49,774 nucleotides of DNA from Bacteroidales bacterium. GTDB taxonomy: Bacteria > Bacteroidota > Bacteroidia > Bacteroidales > JAFGXI01. The stretch covers positions 1 through 49,774 of the forward strand of contig JAMOQL010000120.1 of assembly GCA_027064025.1 (NCBI GenBank), written 5' to 3'. The notes below the pieces were generated by a model. The model had not been told where the DNA came from. It saw only the letters and a list, made by a program, of their open reading frames with translations, and did no database searches. The position numbers and the translations under genes were made by a program. Positions 45,833 through 49,774 of the stretch are shown one piece after another; the stretch's first letter is position 1, and each line of letters starts with the position of its first letter.

Positions 45833-48640
45833 ATGAAGAAAATTCAATCCTTATTGATTTTAGCGATTCTAACCGTTTCTATGGGATGGGCACAAATCGA
45901 TGTAAATCAGGAAATTCCTAAAGACCCAAATGTCATTTATGGAAAACTAGACAATGGAATGACGTATTACATTCGTCATAACGAAACTCCCAAAAACAGA
46001 GCTGAATTAACACTCATCACTCGGTCAGGGTCTATTCAAGAAGACGAAGACCAAAGAGGTTTAGCCCACTTATGTGAGCACATGGCTTTTAACGGGACCA
46101 AAAATTTCCCAAAACACAAATTAGTCGATTTTCTTGAAAGAACAGGAATGAAATTTGGTGCAGAGGTAAATGCTTACACTATTTTCGACGAAACTGTTTA
46201 TGGAATCACTGTACCTTTAGATAGTGCACAGTTTTTAGACAAAGGATTACTTGTTTTACACGACTGGTCGCATTATGTAACTTACGATAATGCAGAAATA
46301 GACGCAGAAAGAGGTGTTGTTCATGAAGAGTGGAGAATGCATCAAGGAGCACAATTTAGAATGCAAGACGTTATGTTCGATGCCATTTTTAAAGATTCTA
46401 AATATGCTAAAAGAAATACTATTGGATTAATGTCTGTAGTTGATAGTTGTAAATACGATGCTCTAAAAAGGTTCTACAGAGATTGGTATAGAACTGATCG
46501 CCAAGCGGTAGTTGCTGTTGGTGATTTTGATGCTAAAGAAGTGGAAGCCAAAATTAAAAAAATGTTTAGCGAGATACCTGCAACAGAGAATCCTAGAGAA
46601 TATGTTCAAGAACAAATACCCGATAACAAAGAGCCTATTATTGCAATAATGAAAGATAAAGAGAACACTTCTACAGCTGTTCAAATCTTTATTAAGCATG
46701 ATAAATTCTATATGAAAACCATTGGTGATTATAGAAAATCTATTGCTCACGATTTATACAATGAAATGATTAACAAAAGGTTACAGGAATTAACAATGGT
46801 TGAAAATCCTCCTTTTGTGTATGGTTATGCAGGATATAGCGATTTTATTGGACCTAAAGATACTTATATTTCTATCGCTGCCACAAAAGCTGATGGTATT
46901 GAAAAAGGTGCAAAAACTATCTTGGAGGAAAATTACAGAATTAAACAACATGGATTTACTGCTACTGAATTAGCTAGAGAAAAAAAATCTATGATGAAAA
47001 AAATGGAAAAACTTTATAACGATAGAAATAAACAAAAATCAAAAAATTTCGTCGAAGAATATAAAGCTAATTTCTTAATCTCTCAAACACCTTTTCCTGG
47101 AATAGAAAACGAATACAAATATTACAAAGAATTTATTGATGGTATTACTCTTGAAGAAGTAAACGCTTTAGCTAAAGAGTGGATTACTGACAAAAATATG
47201 GTTGTATTAATTGTGGCTATTGACAAAGAAGGTCTTAACATCCCTACAGAAGAAGATATTCTTAAAATAATCAACGATACTAAATCAGAACAATTAGAGC
47301 CTTATGTTGATAAAGTTTCTACTCGTCCGTTATTCGAAGCCAAGAAATTAGGAATTGTTGCAGGAAAAGTTGAAAAGAAATCAAAATTAAAAGAATTTGG
47401 AGCTGAAGAGTGGACCCTATCTAACGGTGTAAAAGTAGTTTTAAAAACTACAGATTTTAAAGATGATGAAATTAAAATGACTGGATTCAGTTATGGTGGA
47501 TATTCACTTTACGGACAAGAAGATGATATTTCTTCTAAGATTGCTACTGATATTATTAAAGAATCAGGTTTAAATGGATTCGATAAAATTGAGCTAGACA
47601 AACTACTTTCTGACAAAAACGTATCTGTTTCGCCTTATATTTCTGAGCTTTCTGAAGGTTTTAACGGATCTTCTTCTGTTAATGATTTCGAAACCATGTT
47701 GCAGTTAATCAACTTATACTTCAACAAACCTCGTTACGACCAAACGGCTTACGATTCATATATTTCTAAAGCAAAATCTATGTACGAGAACCAAAGTTTA
47801 AGTCCAGATGCCGTATTTAGAGACTCTATTAAAACTGTATTAGCTTCTCATAATTTAAGAGCACGTCCTATGTCAGCAGAATTATTGGACGAAGCCAATT
47901 ACAAAAGAGTTCATAAAATATATAGAGAACGTTTCAATGACCCTGCAAGTTTTACATTCTACTTTGTTGGAAATATTGATGCTAAAACAGCAAAACCTTT
48001 AATAGAAAAGTACTTAGGTAGTTTATCTAACACAAACAACAACGAAAAATACAAAGACCTAGGTATCAATTATCCAAAAGGGAAAGTTGATGTAGAAGTA
48101 AATATGGGTTCTGAACCAAAAAGTACAGTTCTTATGCAATTTAATCATGATTTTGATTACAATCAAAAAGACAGAATTGCACTTAAAGCATTAGGGAAAA
48201 TTCTTTCTATCGATTTAATCGATGTTATTAGAGAAGAACACTCATGGGTATATTCTATTGGAGCTTATCCTAATTATGAAAAAACTCCAACAGCAAAAGC
48301 TGTTATGACGGTATACTACCCTACATCGCCAGAGCATGTCGAAGATGCTACAAATGGCGTTTTAGAAGTATTCAAAAAAGTAACAACAGAAGGCCCAACA
48401 GATATTAACTTAAACAAAGCTAAGCAACAATTACTTAAAGAAAGAGAAACTCGTATGCGTGAAAATGGATATTGGTTAAATTCTATGAAAGCTTATAATT
48501 TTGACCATGTTGATAATTCTGAATTTAAGAATGAAGAAAAAATAATAAATTCTTTAACTAAAGAAGATATTATGGCTGTAGCTAAAAAATACTTAAAAAC
48601 AGACAATTACGTCAGAGTATTTATTAATCCAAAGAAATAA
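45833..48640 (+). CDS. M16-family (pitrilysin/insulinase) zinc metallopeptidase, double-length and secreted
   Basis: 935 aa with a signal peptide and the inverted zinc motif HLCEHMAFNG (HxxEH). The second half is a non-catalytic M16 repeat. Confidence 0.85.
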   Translation: MKKIQSLLILAILTVSMGWAQIDVNQEIPKDPNVIYGKLDNGMTYYIRHNETPKNRAELTLITRSGSIQEDEDQRGLAHLCEHMAFNGTKNFPKHKLVDFLERTGMKFGAEVNAYTIFDETVYGITVPLDSAQFLDKGLLVLHDWSHYVTYDNAEIDAERGVVHEEWRMHQGAQFRMQDVMFDAIFKDSKYAKRNTIGLMSVVDSCKYDALKRFYRDWYRTDRQAVVAVGDFDAKEVEAKIKKMFSEIPATENPREYVQEQIPDNKEPIIAIMKDKENTSTAVQIFIKHDKFYMKTIGDYRKSIAHDLYNEMINKRLQELTMVENPPFVYGYAGYSDFIGPKDTYISIAATKADGIEKGAKTILEENYRIKQHGFTATELAREKKSMMKKMEKLYNDRNKQKSKNFVEEYKANFLISQTPFPGIENEYKYYKEFIDGITLEEVNALAKEWITDKNMVVLIVAIDKEGLNIPTEEDILKIINDTKSEQLEPYVDKVSTRPLFEAKKLGIVAGKVEKKSKLKEFGAEEWTLSNGVKVVLKTTDFKDDEIKMTGFSYGGYSLYGQEDDISSKIATDIIKESGLNGFDKIELDKLLSDKNVSVSPYISELSEGFNGSSSVNDFETMLQLINLYFNKPRYDQTAYDSYISKAKSMYENQSLSPDAVFRDSIKTVLASHNLRARPMSAELLDEANYKRVHKIYRERFNDPASFTFYFVGNIDAKTAKPLIEKYLGSLSNTNNNEKYKDLGINYPKGKVDVEVNMGSEPKSTVLMQFNHDFDYNQKDRIALKALGKILSIDLIDVIREEHSWVYSIGAYPNYEKTPTAKAVMTVYYPTSPEHVEDATNGVLEVFKKVTTEGPTDINLNKAKQQLLKERETRMRENGYWLNSMKAYNFDHVDNSEFKNEEKIINSLTKEDIMAVAKKYLKTDNYVRVFINPKK

Positions 48641-48665
48641 TTAGCTCTGCAATATAGAATTAATT

Positions 48666-48696
48666 AAGGCTGTCTCGAAAGAGCAGCCTTTTTTTG
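48666..48696 (+). terminator. Rho-independent terminator after the M16 peptidase gene
   Basis: The hairpin aaggctg tctcgaaagag cagcctt is followed by TTTTTT. Confidence 0.75.
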
Positions 48697-48770
48697 TAAA
48701 TAACTTTTTATAATATCAGTACAAAACCAAATTTGTTCGTTCTATTTTTGCAGACATAACTTTTATTAAA

Positions 48771-49355
48771 ATGAAATATTTAATTGTAGGATTAGGGAAT
48801 ATTGGAGCAGAATATCACAATACACGTCACAATATTGGATTTAAAGTATTAGATAGTTTTGTAGAAGATAGCAAATATCCTTTCGAAGTTCAGCGTTACG
48901 GCGAAGTTTCTGAGTACCGATTTAAAGGTAGAAAACTCATCTTATTAAAACCTAGCACTTATATGAACCTTAGTGGAAACGCCATTAATTATTGGCTTCA
49001 GAAAGAAAAAATACCTGTAGAAAATATGTTAGTTATTGTCGACGATTTAGCCTTACCACTAGGGAACTTACGCATCAAGCCCCAAGGTGGTGATGCTGGA
49101 CATAACGGATTAAAACACATCGCTGAGATCCTTGGACATCAAAAATTTAACCGCTTACGATTTGGTATTGGCGATGAATTCTTAAGAGGTCAGCAAGTTG
49201 AGTTTGTTTTAGGAAAATGGAGTGTAGAAGAACAAAAAGCATTAGAAGAACCCATAAAAGTTTGTCACCAAATTATTAAAAGTTTTTGCACCATAAATAT
49301 GGGGAGAACCATGAACCAGTTTAATAAAAGAAAAACACCTTCTAATGATTCCTAA
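48771..49355 (+). CDS. pth: Peptidyl-tRNA hydrolase
   Basis: 194 aa with the motifs MKYLIVGLGNIG.EY..TRHNIGF and GHNGLK. Confidence 0.9.
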   Translation: MKYLIVGLGNIGAEYHNTRHNIGFKVLDSFVEDSKYPFEVQRYGEVSEYRFKGRKLILLKPSTYMNLSGNAINYWLQKEKIPVENMLVIVDDLALPLGNLRIKPQGGDAGHNGLKHIAEILGHQKFNRLRFGIGDEFLRGQQVEFVLGKWSVEEQKALEEPIKVCHQIIKSFCTINMGRTMNQFNKRKTPSNDS

Positions 49356-49596
49356 CACCGAAGAACAGCAAAAACACTTGATAGAATTAGCGTTTACAAA
49401 AATGCCTTTTGGTCGATACAAAGACTATTATTTATCAGAAATTCCGGAACCATATTATGTTTGGTTCAAACAAAAAGGATTTCCTACGAATAAAATAGGT
49501 AACTTCTTGGCTGAAATGTACGAAATAAAAGTTAACGGTTTAGAAGGTATGTTTAAAGAAATTCGGAAACAAGTTAATAACCAAAGGCTTCGATAA
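49345..49596 (+). CDS. DUF3820-family protein
   Basis: 83 aa. The motif MPFGRYKDYYLSEIPEPYYVWFKQKGFP is typical of DUF3820. Its start overlaps the pth stop region by 11 nt. Confidence 0.7.
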   Translation: MIPNTEEQQKHLIELAFTKMPFGRYKDYYLSEIPEPYYVWFKQKGFPTNKIGNFLAEMYEIKVNGLEGMFKEIRKQVNNQRLR

Positions 49597-49626
49597 AATA
49601 TATTTTTAAAATCAACAATATACTAA

Positions 49627-49657
49627 AGAGGCCGTATTTACCATAAATACAGCCTCT
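49627..49657. terminator. Hairpin between convergent genes (terminator candidate)
   Basis: agaggccgtattta / taaatacagcctct forms a 14-bp stem with one mismatch and a 3-nt loop. The flanks are only weakly T-rich. Confidence 0.45.
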
Positions 49658-49680
49658 TAAAATCTATAAAACAAAACTAA

Positions 49681-49774
49681 TTAAGCATGTCTTCCATGTC
49701 CATGATGACCTTCTCCATGATCGTGATCGTGTTCATCGCTATCGCAAGAATTATCACCCACTTTCAAAGTTCCA
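49681..49774 (-). CDS. 3' end of a gene running off the window, encoding a His/Asp-rich C-terminal tail
   Basis: My hand translation of the minus strand gives ..GTLKVGDNSCDSDEHDHDHGEGHHGHGRHA followed by a stop (TAA, complement of 49681..49683). It is open to the window edge and is not in the ORF track because it is truncated. Confidence 0.35.
   Translation of the reverse strand, partial: GTLKVGDNSCDSDEHDHDHGEGHHGHGRHA

Noticed and set aside
12486-49774. Defence island, prophage, integrative element or CRISPR array in the remainder of the window
   Set aside because: I found no integrase, transposase, recombinase, tRNA attachment site, direct-repeat array, restriction/modification pair or toxin-antitoxin-like pair. 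Gene content is core metabolism and envelope biogenesis, and composition looks uniformly AT-rich throughout.

Overview
This is an AT-rich, gene-dense segment of about 42 CDS. I saw no rRNA, tRNA, CRISPR array, transposase or integrase. Several hallmarks point to a Bacteroidota chromosome: TAnnTTTG-type -7 boxes upstream of several genes, a PD40/OmpA protein, a CarboxypepD_reg-type TonB-dependent receptor, a surE-lpxB-SpoIID cluster, and many signal peptides ending in AQ or in a lipobox Cys. From about 12.5 kb to 49.8 kb the content is ordinary housekeeping: THUMP RNA methyltransferase, LutA-like Fe-S protein, CPBP protease, AGCS symporter, tmk, ribD, class V aminotransferase, aspartate kinase, fused LeuC/LeuD-like dehydratase, MBL hydrolase, rarA, OmpA, TonB receptor, GT4, SpoIID, lpxB, surE, YjbR, slyD, lipase, YdiJ-like FAD/Fe-S dehydrogenase, polyprenol-P-mannose synthase, dihydroorotase, M16 peptidase, pth and DUF3820. 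The stand-out is a tightly packed ten-gene minus-strand operon at 228..12485. It combines a Cache-like/HAMP/GAF membrane sensor, an orphan CheR-like/CheB-like pair, a stand-alone membrane GAF protein and a SiaA/SiaB/SiaC-type partner switch (TM-GAF-PAS-PP2C phosphatase, small kinase, DUF1987 phosphoprotein). It ends with an ABCG-like ABC exporter carrying a roughly 280-aa N-terminal regulatory extension, a lipoprotein and a small secreted protein. The window contains no CheA/CheW/CheY, no MCP signalling domain and no GGDEF cyclase. The sensor and the phosphatase share a conserved Gln/Glu-rich heptad segment that looks like a methylation/deamidation site. I interpret the locus as a candidate undescribed methylation-tuned partner-switch pathway that gates an exporter. 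All domain calls come from reading the translations by eye. All coordinates of adjusted starts and motifs were counted by hand.
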